Source: Neoechinorhynchus agilis
Lineage: Eukaryota > Animalia > Acanthocephala
Direction of reading: 5' to 3'
Assembly: GCA_051530055.1 (NCBI GenBank)
Contig: CM121343.1
Span: 3,566,389 to 3,630,388 of the forward strand
Length of the DNA: 64,000 nt
Shown here: positions 11,641 through 25,339 of the stretch, piece after piece
Numbering within the stretch: the stretch's first letter is position 1
Layout of the letters: each line of letters starts with the position of its first letter
The notes under the pieces: generated by a model
Seen by the model: the letters and a program-made list of their open reading frames with translations, nothing else
The model's database searches: none
Told to the model about the DNA's origin: nothing
Program-made: the position numbers and the translations under genes

Positions 11641-13989
11641 TCAACGCCGAGTTGACTTTGGAGGCGGAGACTCGTGTATGAGACCATACACATGGCAGCG
11701 AACCGGACAATGGAGAGATGCAAGGCGAACTTTAGTCTCGCACTCCCAATCAACGATTTAAAACTGAACATTGCGCAGGGGATTCGAGCACGGCTACCCA
11801 AACCAATTTGTAGATGTCTGACGAGGTAGATTTTGTCCACGAAATATTAAGCAATAAAAATGAGTCCCGGTCTTTGATCCGCACAACAAGAATATCTTTC
11901 CACGCGAATGTGATCTTGCATGAAAAAATACCTCTATTTGTTGAACTAATAACGTCAACTACCCGTGGAATCTTGAGCAACTCAGTGCTCGTTATATTAT
12001 AATCAGTGAAATACCGACGGTAAATATTGTTCAAATCCATAAGCGTCATCTGATCATGACCAGAAAGTAAGAGATCCTATCTTTCAGAACCTCAAGATCT
12101 ATAACATTACTTTGACGACGCTCAACATTGCGTGCCAATATGTGGATTTGTAGACGACGATATCCCACTTTTTTGTTATGAAATCTGCTTATGATTTGCA
12201 TCAGATTCGTGAGAAAACCGTCACAAATCCATTGACTTTGTTCGATAAGTGCGTTCATTACTGTTACGATAAGCATTCAGGCGACAATTGAAGACGGCGA
12301 ATAATTATGTTTATATCTTCAAAATAAAACCTATGATTGTAGAAAATTGTATAATTGAGTCCTCGTTTTAGACTAGTAAACAGGTTAGTTTTTTCTATGG
12401 AGGGAAAGGTGTCCGGGGAGTACTGAAATCTATTCTGACTCGAAACTTTTTCTTTCTCTTCCAACTACTAACATATATATTTGATTTCTTATAATTTCGT
12501 TATCTACGATTTCAAAGATTAAAGTGCATCGTTTTTTTATAGAAAAGATGATTTTAAAATGTTTAATGCAATGTCATCTTTGGTCTACACTTCCACAATA
12601 TCCTTTTGTTCATTGCGATTTCAATGTCGGTCTATTAAATAGTTCATTTATAGCTGCCTCTTTTAAATTTCTCGGTAAACAATAGAATTGTGGCAGGAAT
12701 CATCAAGCTTAAAGAACAGTGATTTTCAACCGTGGTCTTTTGGTTTTTCCGTTATTAATCGTCCGTAGTGCAAATTTCTTCATTGAAGATTCCGTAAATC
12801 TCTGTTCACTATAACAAACATTATAAAAATCGTAATATTACTTTCATTGAGTGCTGAAGGCGGTTACTTAATTTCGATTGATAAAGTTGTAGAAGAGATA
12901 CAGCACCACCTGAACAGCAATTCTGCCATCCTTCCGAGCCGCAAAGGAAAACAGCCGGCACATTGAACATTTCATTCTTATTACGAGCGATTCCTCTGAC
13001 GCGCTCGTGATTTTCCGCACTAAAAGAGCACGAGATGGAATGATGCGCGTTATCGGAGCGTTCACGGTATTTTAAACGTGGTTTCCTGTAGAAACGAAAG
13101 AATCGCAGATCGACATGACGTCATAGAAGACATGACGTCAAGGATTATTGGTTCAATTGGAAAGGAGATCTCATGATCTGAATAGTGCGGATGGGTGTGA
13201 CTCGTTCAATTTTTTAAAATGTACAATGCTCATCTTCAATCGATTTTTTTATAAATGGTTCTGGATAATCGTTTAACATTTTCCGGCTGTAGTGAGTACT
13301 TTGCGAAATCGATATCAAACGACATGACGCCTCAAGGATTTTTAAGCGTTTGAAGATTGGATTATTCACGTTTTTTATGGAGGAGAAATTGAAGGAATTT
13401 TATTAAATCCGATTTCCAGGTTTGTTTCTTCAATATTTGCGAGACAACCTTGATAAAAGGCACAAGATTGTTCCGAAATATCGGATTTAATTAAATTCCT
13501 TCAATTTTTCCGCCATGAATGATTTTTAAGCAATGGAAACGCTTCTCCGTTAGTCTCATGGGGCTGATTGACAAAAGCCGATATTTTCGGTCATTTTAAC
13601 CAAACATATTCTTTTGATATCCATTGCCAAAATAGGAGTGCTTTAAAGCATTTAATGTAAAAAACAAATTCTCACAGTGAGCCGATTCCGTTGTAGATCG
13701 AACAAGATTAGTTCTCTACTCTGTCTGATACTCATAACAATGGAATAAAGGAAGTCAGTGATAATTTCGTCGAGGCAATCACCAAGAACGTCTTGCCTGT
13801 TCAAACAACGTTTTTGCTTCTGTTGCTTAATCCGAAATGATAATAATGGACGAATCATATTAGCAGGATAACCAACAATCTTAGTAGGCAGAACATTTGT
13901 GTTCCTTTGCAATGTAGTTGAAGGGGACTTTTAACAATTATCCACGAAGTAATAAACTGTCAACATTTGACTAACCATGGAAAATTTAA

Positions 13990-14500
13990 TATTGGCCTAT
14001 AGAAATTGTTATCTGTGAAGGTTTATCATGCGCGTTCAAACAATAGATTACAGTTTATCGAAATAGGGAGCATCGCCGGGACTGTTCTCTCCCCCACTCT
14101 TTTCAATATTTCCCTGGACGATCTTATTCCATCTTATCTTCTTATTCTAAATACTTGTATGTTGATGATCTTACAATCATTATGCACCGCTTCCTTCTCA
14201 TTCTCAACTACTTCTAACGAGATTTCTCATTTCAAACATTTTGCTCCTCTAAATGTCTAACCCTTAACCAAGTGCTTTGAAATCGTCCCCTCAATCTCAA
14301 ATAGCCCTTCCGATCAACCACTTCTTTTTCCTATCAATCGTGTCTGCTCTGTTCGTATCCTTGGTATCTATTTTCAAGAAAATCTAAAATGGGACAATCA
14401 CACATCAATTTTGTTGTACAAAGGGTCCATTAAGCTCTATCTTCTTAAATGCCTCCGATTCCTTGGATTAGCATCCAAAGACCTTTAGTACTTTTTATAT
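13990..14500 (+). mobile_element. Decayed non-LTR RT remnant
   Basis: GTVLSPTLFNISLDDL, YVDDL and RILGIYFQENLKWDNH in broken frames. Confidence 0.7.
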
Positions 14501-14801
14501 GTCGGCCATCTTCTAATCTATTTAAAAAACTTAATAATTTTCACAAGAGAACTGCGCTCTAATCTGCTCCTCCGAATTCATGCCCTTAGAAAAACGCTTC
14601 TCTCTCTAATCTTTCAAAAGCCCTTAAAGCGCCTTCATTCTCTTCCTTTTCAATTTTCACGAACGATTTCTCTTTTTACTCGCACTTAAAACACTCACGT
14701 CGCCCAACAACATTCTCCATCCTTCAGTTCCTCGCTCAAATCTCTTCCTCCGCTTTTTCTTCCCCCACTGCTCAATCCTCCAAATGCGAATTGATTCGGT
14801 G

Positions 14802-14985
14802 AAAGGGTCAGGTTTGAGATCACCCATCAACCCAAAAGTGGGTTGGCCCTGTCCCTTCGAGTGCGGCTAAGCGCCTCCGATGTGTGCAAGTCAGCCGAAA
14901 GGCTCCAAAGGAATATGGCCGTGAGGCCAAAAAGAAGATGTCGCAAACTAACAAAAGTGTATGAGGCCTTGATAATAAATAATAC
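14802..14985 (+). mobile_element. 5'-truncated copy of SINE family B
   Basis: Near-identical to the 3' two-thirds of 43190-43470 and ends in an A-rich TAATAAATAA tail. Confidence 0.75.
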
Positions 14986-15871
14986 AAAATCTTCCACGAG
15001 TAATGATTTACCGTTCTTCCTAATCGAGAACCAGTGGACTTAGGTTTTCAAAATACGAAAGGTTCAAAGAATGGGGTAATTATGATGGAAAGTTTCGTTT
15101 CTTGCAATCCAATGAATCATTATTTTTCAAATCGCCGAAGAGCTGATTTTAAAGGTCAGCTCTAGGAATAACATCATTTATCAACAACGGAAACAGCCGA
15201 CCTCTTTCTTGTTTATGAAGATAATACCCTCAATTTCCCGTTAACTACAACAATTCAACATAAAAAATAACACTTTCTTTTGATAGTTTTGCCACTCCGG
15301 GCAAGATAGCTCGCTGTATTCATGACGCACGCTATGCTACCTCCAGGAAACTAAACGAACGGGTTTTCGTGGAAGTTCCATTCATTAATGATCAATGGAA
15401 CTCCGATGTGAATCGAATCGGTGGCAAGCCGGCTCTGTTTCAGGTCATTGCATTCCTTCCTCGGCTTTTGGCAAAAGACCAAGGCAAATAAGAAGTGAAT
15501 AAGACAATCGATAACGTCAGGTTTCCCATCTAATCAATTATGATAATAATAACACGTATAATTGTTTGTTAAATAATAAGAATTGGGTCACTGATTTTTA
15601 ATTTTTATGCATGGCACATAGTCCGGCGGCTGGCTTTATGAACGTTAATTTTCCGTTTCTATGGTGACTGTGGGTATTAGAATACCGATGAATTCTCGAT
15701 TTGGTTTTTGCAATGCAAGGAAGATCAAGAAGATTAAACTCTCGATGGTTGGGCGGATCAAATAATGGAGCATTTTGTAAGTATATACGACTTTAAAAAC
15801 ATTTTCTGCTACTGTTTCTCTTCAATCCCTGTTTTGAAGTCGCTCTTCGGAATCGTCGCACCGGCAAACGT

Positions 15872-16924
15872 TTGCAATGGCGGGTTCCACATAGAGGAGT
15901 TGAGCTCCCAGTGGAAACACTTGAAGAAATTTCAAATGCGGAGACCTCGGTGGCTCTATATTACGATTTCAACTGCTATAACAAGGATTGCACCAGTGTG
16001 GCGGATTGCTATGTTGAATCGAGTCCCGAGGAATCACGGGAAAGTATATTCATTTCTATTCCGAGCGTCAGAAGATCTGAACCCAAAGGGAGCAAAAGAA
16101 AAACCGATTCTTTATTGAGCAAAGGCGAACCTGATTCCTTACTGAGCAAAGGAGAGCATGATTCTTTACTGAGCATAGAACTTGATTCTTTATTTAGCAA
16201 AGGAGAACATGATTCTTTATTGAGCAAAGGAGAACATGATTCTACATTGGACGACCAGCTCTACTATTCTATGTGGAACGAGGGCCATTTTGCGTTAGAC
16301 AGGTTTGAGAGCGAAATTAAGTATGATGCAGCAAGTGTAGAGGATTTTGGATATATGGCAAATGAGGGAGAATCGGAATTTATGGATATGGGAGGAGAAT
16401 CAGAATTTATGGATATGGGAGGAGAATCGGAATTTACAGATATCGGAGGAGAATCGAAAATTTTAAATATTGAAGGAGAATCGGAATTTATGGACATCGA
16501 AGGAGAATCGGAATTTATGGATATCGAAGGAGAATCGGAATTTATGGATATCGGAGGAGAATCGGAATTTATGGATATCGGAGGAGAACCGGAATTTTTA
16601 GATATCGAAGGAGAATCGGAATTTATAGATATCGGAGGAGAATCGGAATTTTTAGATATCGGAGGAGAATCGGAATTTATGGATATCGCAAGAGAGTCGG
16701 AATTTATAGATATTGAAGGAGAATCGGAATTTATGGATATCGGAGGAGAATCGGAATTTATAGATATCGAAGGAGAATCGGAATTTATAGATATCGGAGA
16801 AGAATCGGAATCTACGGAGATCAGTAACAGTACTCTTTGTGATGATGATTCTGGCTCGATTGATGTATGTTTATGTTTCATTTTTGTCTTATTATCTTTA
16901 GACTTTACAATATTTGCTGCATGA
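15872..16924 (+). CDS. 350-aa acidic ORF with two 27-bp (9-aa) coding minisatellites; function unknown; may have upstream exons
   Basis: About 5 copies of DSLLSKGEH (~16107-16245) and about 17 copies of GESEF(M/I/L)DI(G/E) (~16366-16815), all in frame with no stop. Confidence 0.5.
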   Translation: MQWRVPHRGVELPVETLEEISNAETSVALYYDFNCYNKDCTSVADCYVESSPEESRESIFISIPSVRRSEPKGSKRKTDSLLSKGEPDSLLSKGEHDSLLSIELDSLFSKGEHDSLLSKGEHDSTLDDQLYYSMWNEGHFALDRFESEIKYDAASVEDFGYMANEGESEFMDMGGESEFMDMGGESEFTDIGGESKILNIEGESEFMDIEGESEFMDIEGESEFMDIGGESEFMDIGGEPEFLDIEGESEFIDIGGESEFLDIGGESEFMDIARESEFIDIEGESEFMDIGGESEFIDIEGESEFIDIGEESESTEISNSTLCDDDSGSIDVCLCFIFVLLSLDFTIFAA

Positions 16925-18530
16925 ATGGCGAATGGAGAACAGACGCCTTATATGTTCTTATCTTGAATTTGTCGATCTGAAGGTAATTTACAATTGCAAA
17001 ACGTCCTTATATCATTTTTACTTATAACCTAAATGGAATGTGTTTTTAATTTTATTCGCCGTCGTCCGCAGTTCTATATTCGGTAATTGAATTTATTTAG
17101 AGTATTTTCAATGCTCACGAGAAACGTTACGGAGGGGACAACAATATAAGAGAAGTATCATGGGTATCACTAATGCCGCCTGATATGGAAATCAAACCAG
17201 AGATTACGCAAACAAGATCACAAATATCAGGTTGATATATCCAATTTAGAGATTTTTGCAAATAGTTTTCTTAGCGCTACTATTTGAGTTGGTAAATACA
17301 TATATTAATAAAATAAAGAGACTGAAAAATCACAAGGAAATGGTCAAACAATTACTTAAAATACCAATCAAATATTATAAGAATTTGTTAAATAATGCAC
17401 TCAATTATATGTTGGTATGGACAAAATCTCGCGTTGTAAGTACTAAAAGTTATTTAAGATTTTTTAACTGATAGTTGCTAACAAGACACTGTTGTTTAAT
17501 CTATCTTAGTACCACAGTAGTAACAGTTTTGCAGTAGCTAAATTATAAATATTTTTGGTTGCTGGGACCTTCGAGATTATAAACTTTTCACAAATTTGAG
17601 TGATGTATTTTCTGTTCACTTAAGGGTGAAATTTAATTATCTATGAAAACGTAGCAGATTGACCCTAATAGTAAATGTTATTGCGATATTTAAATACTTA
17701 CTAAACCAATTAAACTCATAGTCATCAGAATTCGTTGATAATATGATTGCGACCTCTTAACTTTAAAATTTATTAAATTTAGCTCAAATTAATTAGTGAC
17801 CACGGCGGGCATTGTGAGATTAACGCAAGGAAAATTATCAATAAAATGAGCAATTAAATTCTTATAGGTTGAATAATTTTTCAATATTCCATAAACGCGC
17901 ATTTTGCGTTAATCGGCACGTTACACTAATGCAAGCTCTGTTTCTCTATTGGATCCTTTTGAATTACGAGAGCGAATAAAAAGAAAGGTCAAATTTTTAT
18001 TCCACGAACAAATAAATTTTGGTCTTCGGTGAGCTGTCACTACCCCGAGAATTAAACATTAATTATTGAATTAAATATTTCGGAACCTGAGTTCTCACCA
18101 AAGATCAAAATTAGATTCCCCCCGAATGTAATTCTCAAAATGAACAAATAAATATTTAAACAAATGATAGCGCGGCTTTACCTGCAGATTTCGCAGAGTT
18201 TGGTTCGTACGCCATCCTTCAAAAAACCTAAGTCCATTTTTTCTTATTTAATTTGGAAAAGTTCGGCTTTTAAATATGCAACCGATCTGCAGGACGTTAT
18301 AATCTGTTATGGATTAGGTTTCGTGTATATTAAAATTTTATTTCTCATTTTTCTACGAATATTTAAATTATCATGTTTGACATCGTAATACCTTCTAGAT
18401 TCGTAATATTATTCGAGAGTATCTTAGGAACATTTACCGATTTCATAAGAGATACGATTTCATCGCCGTTCTGTTCGCAGTACGTGCATATCATACGAAA
18501 ATTCAAAAAATTGTTTATGGGGCTAGGCCA

Positions 18531-19001
18531 ATGAAGTGGAATGTGAAGTTAGAACGGTTGAAGTATATAGTCGAAAGGGAGGAAGAGTACTTTAATTTGA
18601 TTGTAAAGCTGATACGGAAACGGTTACTACTTCCAAGAAAAGTTGGCAAAGAGGTGATTGTTTGCCCCTTTGAGGAAGTGCTCGTGCCTTTTTATGACGA
18701 AGTCGAAGATTTCTACTTGGAATATGCGATATTTCAAGAAAAAAGATACCGCACTGTAATCATTAAAGAGAAAGATATTGTGTTGAAGTTGCAATTAGCG
18801 TTATGGTACAAGAAACAACGCGACAACCGGCTAAACATGCTGAAAAATGCCACTATAAAATCATTAACATCAATTAAAAAATTGGACCGTCAGCGAACTA
18901 ACATTTTGAAAAAACTGTTGCGTTTTGAGATACATATTATAACTATGACCGAAAACTTTGTAAAGCCTAAAAGTGCTATCGTTAGAGAATTTTCAAAATA
19001 A
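18531..19001 (+). CDS. Intronless 156-aa ORF, Lys/Glu/Leu-rich, unknown function
   Basis: ATG-initiated ORF that is long for AT-rich DNA; no motif recognised. Confidence 0.3.
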   Translation: MKWNVKLERLKYIVEREEEYFNLIVKLIRKRLLLPRKVGKEVIVCPFEEVLVPFYDEVEDFYLEYAIFQEKRYRTVIIKEKDIVLKLQLALWYKKQRDNRLNMLKNATIKSLTSIKKLDRQRTNILKKLLRFEIHIITMTENFVKPKSAIVREFSK

Positions 19002-20247
19002 ATTGTTAACATTTTCAGGTTTCGTCTATCCATTATTTTGATTATTTAAGTGGTTAAGAGCTTAAAATCATTATTATCTCGGACATTGAACTTAAATTTA
19101 AGTGGGGATTACTCTTAGTGACGTTTTCGTCGGTAATCCGTTGGGAGTGAAGATGAACATACAATCCACAAAAAATTTGATCGAAATATTCCGTTGTCTG
19201 AGAAATTATTATAACTCAGCTGACAAGCGGGTTATCATTGCGACAAATATCTAAATGATTTCTGGCACACTTTCACGACACCACAATTCTGCAGTCAATA
19301 TAACTCTATAAAAAGTGAATTTGTCTTTATATTAATGAAGCTCTCACTTGATTATCTATACTATTTTGAATAATCCAAACATTACAAACGTAGGCTCGTG
19401 TTCAAATCTGTATAAGTTAAACACTATACATTTTGACCTTCTATTGACGAACGTTCCCGCTTTAGATACGTTTTTAGCGCAGATCGAATCAATTATTAAT
19501 TTTCAAACTCATGGTTCCAAATTAATGAGTTGTTTTAATATTTCGATAGGGAAACATTTTCACAGCAATTAAAATCTTCACATTTTCTCTTAACTGCAAC
19601 GTAAGTGTTAACTTTCTTTTGCTTTCTCTTCAAAAAGCGAGAATGTCTTTAAATTATTCTCATTTTTCGGAAAACCAATTTGTTCAAAACATCGAAATGA
19701 AACTCACGAGCAATCGATCAACCCGGCTCCCACATATGCATTTCAGCATTCGGAAAGATCGTAATTTTGCCTTCGTAATTTCCCAGGTTGCTTTCAAAAT
19801 ACCACGATGAATAATTCGGTTCATAACAGTGCCCATATGAAGTATTTGATTATATTTTTGGAAACCTAGCGAAATGGAAGTTGAACGCTATTAATGTGAC
19901 ATTGCGAAAACAATTTAAATTTTTTTCGATGCAACAATGATAATTAAGCAGGTCGTTTGTCACTGAAGAGGATTGGAGGAAAATTTGTAGTTAAAAAAGA
20001 CGTCCAGATGAACACGATTGAAATCGATAAGAAAAACAACAACACTTGACAGAGAATTGTTAGATATTCAGAACTTCCTCTAAAATCAATCGAAAGAGCG
20101 TGATTTTCAAGCAGTTGTTAAATTACTTCCTTCGTTAAAGTTTACAATTTCACTTACATCTCACTACGGATGATTCGTGAAAGAAGTTTATTGCAGACGA
20201 GTACACGTTCCGCGTGGTAACAAAAGCGGGTACAAAGAAGCAGAATT

Positions 20248-21962
20248 TCAATCGCCTCCGTTATTATTCTTGCGACTTCCACGGGAGTGTGTTTGATTCG
20301 ACGACGCTAATTGCGATTGCCCTCGGGATACATCAAAGTGGTTACCGTTAGTGATAATACGGATAAGATTTTCACGGTTCGGATCATTGTCGAAAGCGCT
20401 TAATTCTGTTATAATTTCAATAAATCTTTTGGAGATGATTATGTACTAACCGAACTGAGTAAAGTTAAAAAGTGGAGGTAGTTCCTTTCCATTTGGTAGT
20501 TGTTTAACTTTCTCGCGTAGCTCACTGAAATACTTATGAGTAAGTGCATGGAAAGGCAATAGGCGCTCGTTTGGCGTATATTGGAGTAACTTTGAAACCA
20601 GATCAACTGCACTTGCTGACGCTTTTCCAGGAAATACCTAAGTTTTGAAGTTTAAGAATCCCCAAAAGGCTAGCGACTCACTGTAGCCCACGGACTTGAT
20701 TTGATTTGTGGAAATCGAAAACATTCATAATGAGGGTTCATTGTTTTAATTTGTTCAGCGCTTGGTGTTCCGAGTACTTTAATAATTTCAACAAGCTGAT
20801 TAACACCAGAATCCCCTGGAAACACCGGACGCCCGAGAAGAAGTTCCGCGAGTACGCAACCAATTGACCACGTATCTGAATGTATTGTCAGTACAAATGA
20901 AATATTGTTTCTCGAATAATAAACGCTTACCAATGCTACATGAGTATCTCACCGCGCCAAATATCAGTTCCGGTGCCCTGTAATATCTGGAACAAATATA
21001 GGATACATTGACAGAATCCTCAGTGAGAACTTTAGCACTGCACTTAAAGGTTTTAAAGCAAAAAATGGTTAACTAAATACGAACCTTCCAAAGTCACATA
21101 ACTTAAGAATGCTTCTTTCTGGACAAATCAAAAGATTATGCGGTTTGATGTCTCGGTGGCATATTTTCTTTTGGTGAAGATAACCAACGGCTCTCAGCAA
21201 TTGATAAATGTATAGTCTAATATATATTTGTGGGATTGATTCTTTTGCTCGTGAATAACACCTCGTGATCCGATGGGCTGTTTCTGGGACATACTCTAAT
21301 ATAAGATTCAAATAAATATCCACCGCTGAGTTTTTGTTTGTTGACGTAGAAGATCGCTTCTTATCAGATGATCCAGAGGACGAGAAGAAGAAGTAAGATA
21401 GAGAGACAATATTCGGATGAGATATTTGGCGCATTATCTCCAATTCTCGGTTTTTAAAATGTTTATCCTGTAAAACCTTCTTTATCGCTATCGTATCATT
21501 GAACGGTATCACCAGTTTTGCTTTATATACAATACCAAAACTCCCATTTCCAATTATAGTCGAGTCTTTGTATGCAATAAGTTCGGTTTTTTCGACTCGT
21601 AAACCCTCAATCAGTTCTATATCCTTCGTGGCCATTACGGCTATAATTTCGCGGTCATCGTTGCTGCAGTTAATCGTGGGTGGCTGGGCTTTATCGCCGC
21701 CGTCGCCACTGCCCCCACTTGCCTTAGAGCCACCTGAAAGTACTCGATTTCCGCCCGCTGGGAATGAAGAGCGGTTGTTGTTGTTGCCGGTCCCACTACA
21801 AGACGAACTTACGGCGCCACCCCCACGACCACCACCAGCAACCGTTGAGTACCCATCTCTAGAGACCAATTCAGACATCATATTCGCTACCAAAGACGAT
21901 CCATTGGTCCACATTCGGCTGATATGATCAGCATTGGTGAGATCAGTGGTGCTTGTGCCCAT
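20248..21962 (-). CDS. GSK3: Glycogen synthase kinase 3 (shaggy-like), 5 exons, Gly/Ser-rich N-terminus
   Basis: [45 protein letters not shown]|[39 protein letters not shown] and LPPLFNFT; four GT-AG introns resolved by hand. Confidence 0.95.
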
Positions 21963-22487
21963 CTTCTTAACCGGCGTCTACAATGTGAATCCACAAAACG
22001 ATATCGTGACGCGCGCGCACACACGACCTCCGATCCAGAAGGCAAATTTAGTCACCACCACTACTGTCGCGCCAACAAAACGCTTCCGCCACTCTACTGC
22101 TAATGATGATGGCGGTGGTGACGATTCATGCACACTTAAAGAAGACACACACGTTCGCTGTACACGAACCGAAACCAAGCCAGACGAAACAATGTCGCCC
22201 ATGACCGAAACACAGAACATAGCGGTGCAAAATAAAGATATACCGTCAACGAAACAAAGCTCCGTTGGATCAACGTGGTGCCGGTAATGGCAACAACTGA
22301 TTGCCACCTGCTCAGGCATTCCCATCGTTGGAAATCGCAAAATTTTATATGACACGGAAGAATCATAACTGATTTTTCAATCACATTACACCCGAAAAAT
22401 TAAAGAAATCAAAGTTCTTTCGGAAAACGCTGCCCGGTACGAAATAACGGATTTAATTTTTCCGCCCGTTAATACCTGGTTCAAAGT

Positions 22488-22582
22488 ATCCACATCGCCG
22501 TGTTGAGAGGCAACACTGCAAGCATTTGGGCGACAATTGAAGACGGCGAATAATTATGTTTATATCTTCAAACAATAAATTG
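22488..22582 (+). mobile_element. 3' end of a CRE-like (RLE) non-LTR element; shorter copy at 12271-12330
   Basis: Encodes IAVLRGNTASIWATIEDGE* followed by AATAAA; same sequence as 25340-25430 (-). Confidence 0.6.
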
Positions 22583-25339
22583 GTGAAACTTCGGTCGAGA
22601 CTTTTGTGCATACACTGATTTTCACAAACTCGAATCGCTTTCTCCAATGACTTTATTGCCGATGTGTTATGATTCAAATTGAGCTTGCCGTGAGTGAATG
22701 AGATCCGCGTGTTCCAAACTGCAATTTTACAAATCCAAATACATTTAAGACGATTTATTTCCTCAAATTTTGTAATAACTTTTAAAGAAGCCCCTCTTTA
22801 AAAATATTCGAGTAAACGTTTCTTCAGATTCATCGTCTTGTTTCTAAGCAACAAGAAATCATTTAATATGAAAACCTTTCTTGGCTGCATATTTTGTGAT
22901 CTACAACAAAATACAATATACGGACGAGCCCTGTTCGATTTTGCCGTTCTTATAATCAACATTGGGATCATAGAAATTCTTATTTCCACCTCATCATGCA
23001 CCTCTGGGCAAGACGAAGAGCCTAGGACCTCAATAAAGCTTCTTTGTTGTCCTACGCAGGACGAGTCTTATTTCCAAATATTTTCTTTAATATTCTGCGC
23101 CCGTTTTGGTCCGCGCTATTTATTGTTTTGCTGGCATTTTTGCGTAGTATGCATACAACAATTTAGATTCTGTAAAGAAGTTCCACGAACCTTCCTAACC
23201 TTCAATCATAAACCTTCCTAACCGGATTGGATATTTCCCCGCCCGACCGGACCTGTTATAGACTCCAAAATCAACTGCCACATTCATTTTAAAAAATCCG
23301 AACTCGAGTGTTCATGAGGACCCAAAGGTACATGGGTTCTATTCTTTTGGCTTTAAAACGTGTTATTATTATGTGTTCTTTGGTGATTATAACAATAGAT
23401 ATTGATTTATTTGCTACCTGAAGAAGTCTGACGAGACGGACGAAATATTGAGATCAATGTATCAGTCTCTATTTTTATAATCACCAACCAATACACAGGT
23501 TTAGATTATTGCCATGCTCTTCATTAAACGACTGAAAGATGGGCCATCGCATTTGGAAATTTAAACATCCTTTTTAAACGGCAATTTTATTCGCCAATCC
23601 CTTTAAGCCACCAAAAAAACTAATCACAAATTATATCTTCACCTTCTTTATGTTACTCGCGTCCAAATTGTTTTTGATATCGCAGTAAAAGAAATCCAAC
23701 TCAGTGGGCTCTGTGCCCAAGAAATCAAATGTGATAAATACTTTGGTTTAATTTGCGATAAAGTATCATCGGACGACGATGGACTTGGGATTTGCTAAAG
23801 ACTTGCAATATTTCCTGCTAAGTCCTTAGAACTTAATACTGTCGACATCGTAAATTATTGATGGTGCAAATAAAACGTTCATCACTTAAAAGATTTGCAT
23901 GAGCGTTTAAACGGACTCTTTTATCAAAATGTTGAGGATCACACTTCCAATAACCTAGATAATGACAAACCTTGATAATGTCAGCATTATCCGACGAAAT
24001 ATGGGCAATAAATTTGTCCATTTAAATCCCATGTACCATAATCGCCAAAACCAAGTATCGGCTTTTGCGCTACCCGAACTTTCAAAATCAATCAGCCCCA
24101 TGAGACTAACGGAGAAGCGTTTCCATTGCTTAAAAATCATTCATGGCGGAAAAATTGAAGGAATTTAATTAAATCCGATATTTCGGAACAATCTTGTGCC
24201 TTTTATCAAGGTTGTCTCGCAAATATTGAAGAAACAAACCTGGAAATCGGATTTAATAAAATTCCTTCAATTTCTCCTCCATAAAAAACGTGAATAATCC
24301 AATCTTCAAACGCTTAAAAATCCTTGAGGCGTCATGTCGTTTGATATCGATTTCGCAAAGTACTCACTACAGCCGGAAAATGTTAAACGATTATCCAGAA
24401 CCATTTATAAAAAAATCGATTGAAGATGAGCATTGTACATTTTAAAAAATTGAACGAGTCACACCCATCCGCACTATTCAGATCATGAGATCTCCTTTCC
24501 AATTGAACCAATAATCCTTGACGTCATGTCTTCTATGACGTCATGTCGATCTGCGATTCTTTCGTTTCTACAGGAAACCACGTTTAAAATACCGTGAACG
24601 CTCCGATAACGCGCATCATTCCATCTCGTGCTCTTTTAGTGCGGAAAATCACGAGCGCGTCAGAGGAATCGCTCGTAATAAGAATGAAATGTTCAATGTG
24701 CCGGCTGTTTTCCTTTGCGGCTCGGAAGGATGGCAGAATTGCTGTTCAGGTGGTGCTGTATCTCTTCTACAACTTTATCAATCGAAATTAAGTAACCGCC
24801 TTCAGCACTCAATGAAAGTAATATTACGATTTTTATAATGTTTGTTATAGTGAACAGAGATTTACGGAATCTTCAATGAAGAAATTTGCACTACGGACGA
24901 TTAATAACGGAAAAAACCCAAAGGACCACGGTTGAAAATCACTGTTCTTTAAGCTTGATGATTCCTGCCACAATTCTATTGTTTACCGAGAAATTTAAAA
25001 GAGGCAGCTATAAATGAACTATTTAATAGACCGACATTGAAATCGCAATGAACAAAAGGATATTGTGGAAGTGTAGACCAAAGATGACATTTATTGCATT
25101 AAACATTTTAAAATCATCTTTTCTATAAAAAAACGATGCACTTTAATCTTTGAAATCGTAGATAACGAAATTATAAGAAATCAAATATATATGTTAGTAG
25201 TTGGAAGCGAAAGAAAAAGTTTCGAGTCAGAATAGATTTCAGTACTCCCCGGACTCCTTTCCCTCCATAGAAAAAACTAACCTGTTTACTAGTCTAAAAC
25301 GAGGACTCAATTATACAATTTTCTACAATCATAGGTTTT

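Larger units (their letters stand above)
5175..13571 (+). repeat. Left arm of large inverted duplication
   Basis: Reverse complement of 24088-38189. Mirrored ORFs give constant coordinate sums of 43364 (outer), 42811/42812 (middle) and 37659-37665 (inner). Confidence 0.97.

Noticed and set aside
16366-16815. CRISPR-like short repeat array
   Set aside because: Head-to-tail 27-bp units with no unique spacers, in a eukaryotic context.
16264-16881. Long antisense ORFs here and opposite CK1, GSK3, PSMD13 and SERCA
   Set aside because: Shadow frames of real genes or of stop-free repeats.
22800-23160. Ankyrin/IQ-like words on the minus strand
   Set aside because: Multiple stops and no coherent exon model.
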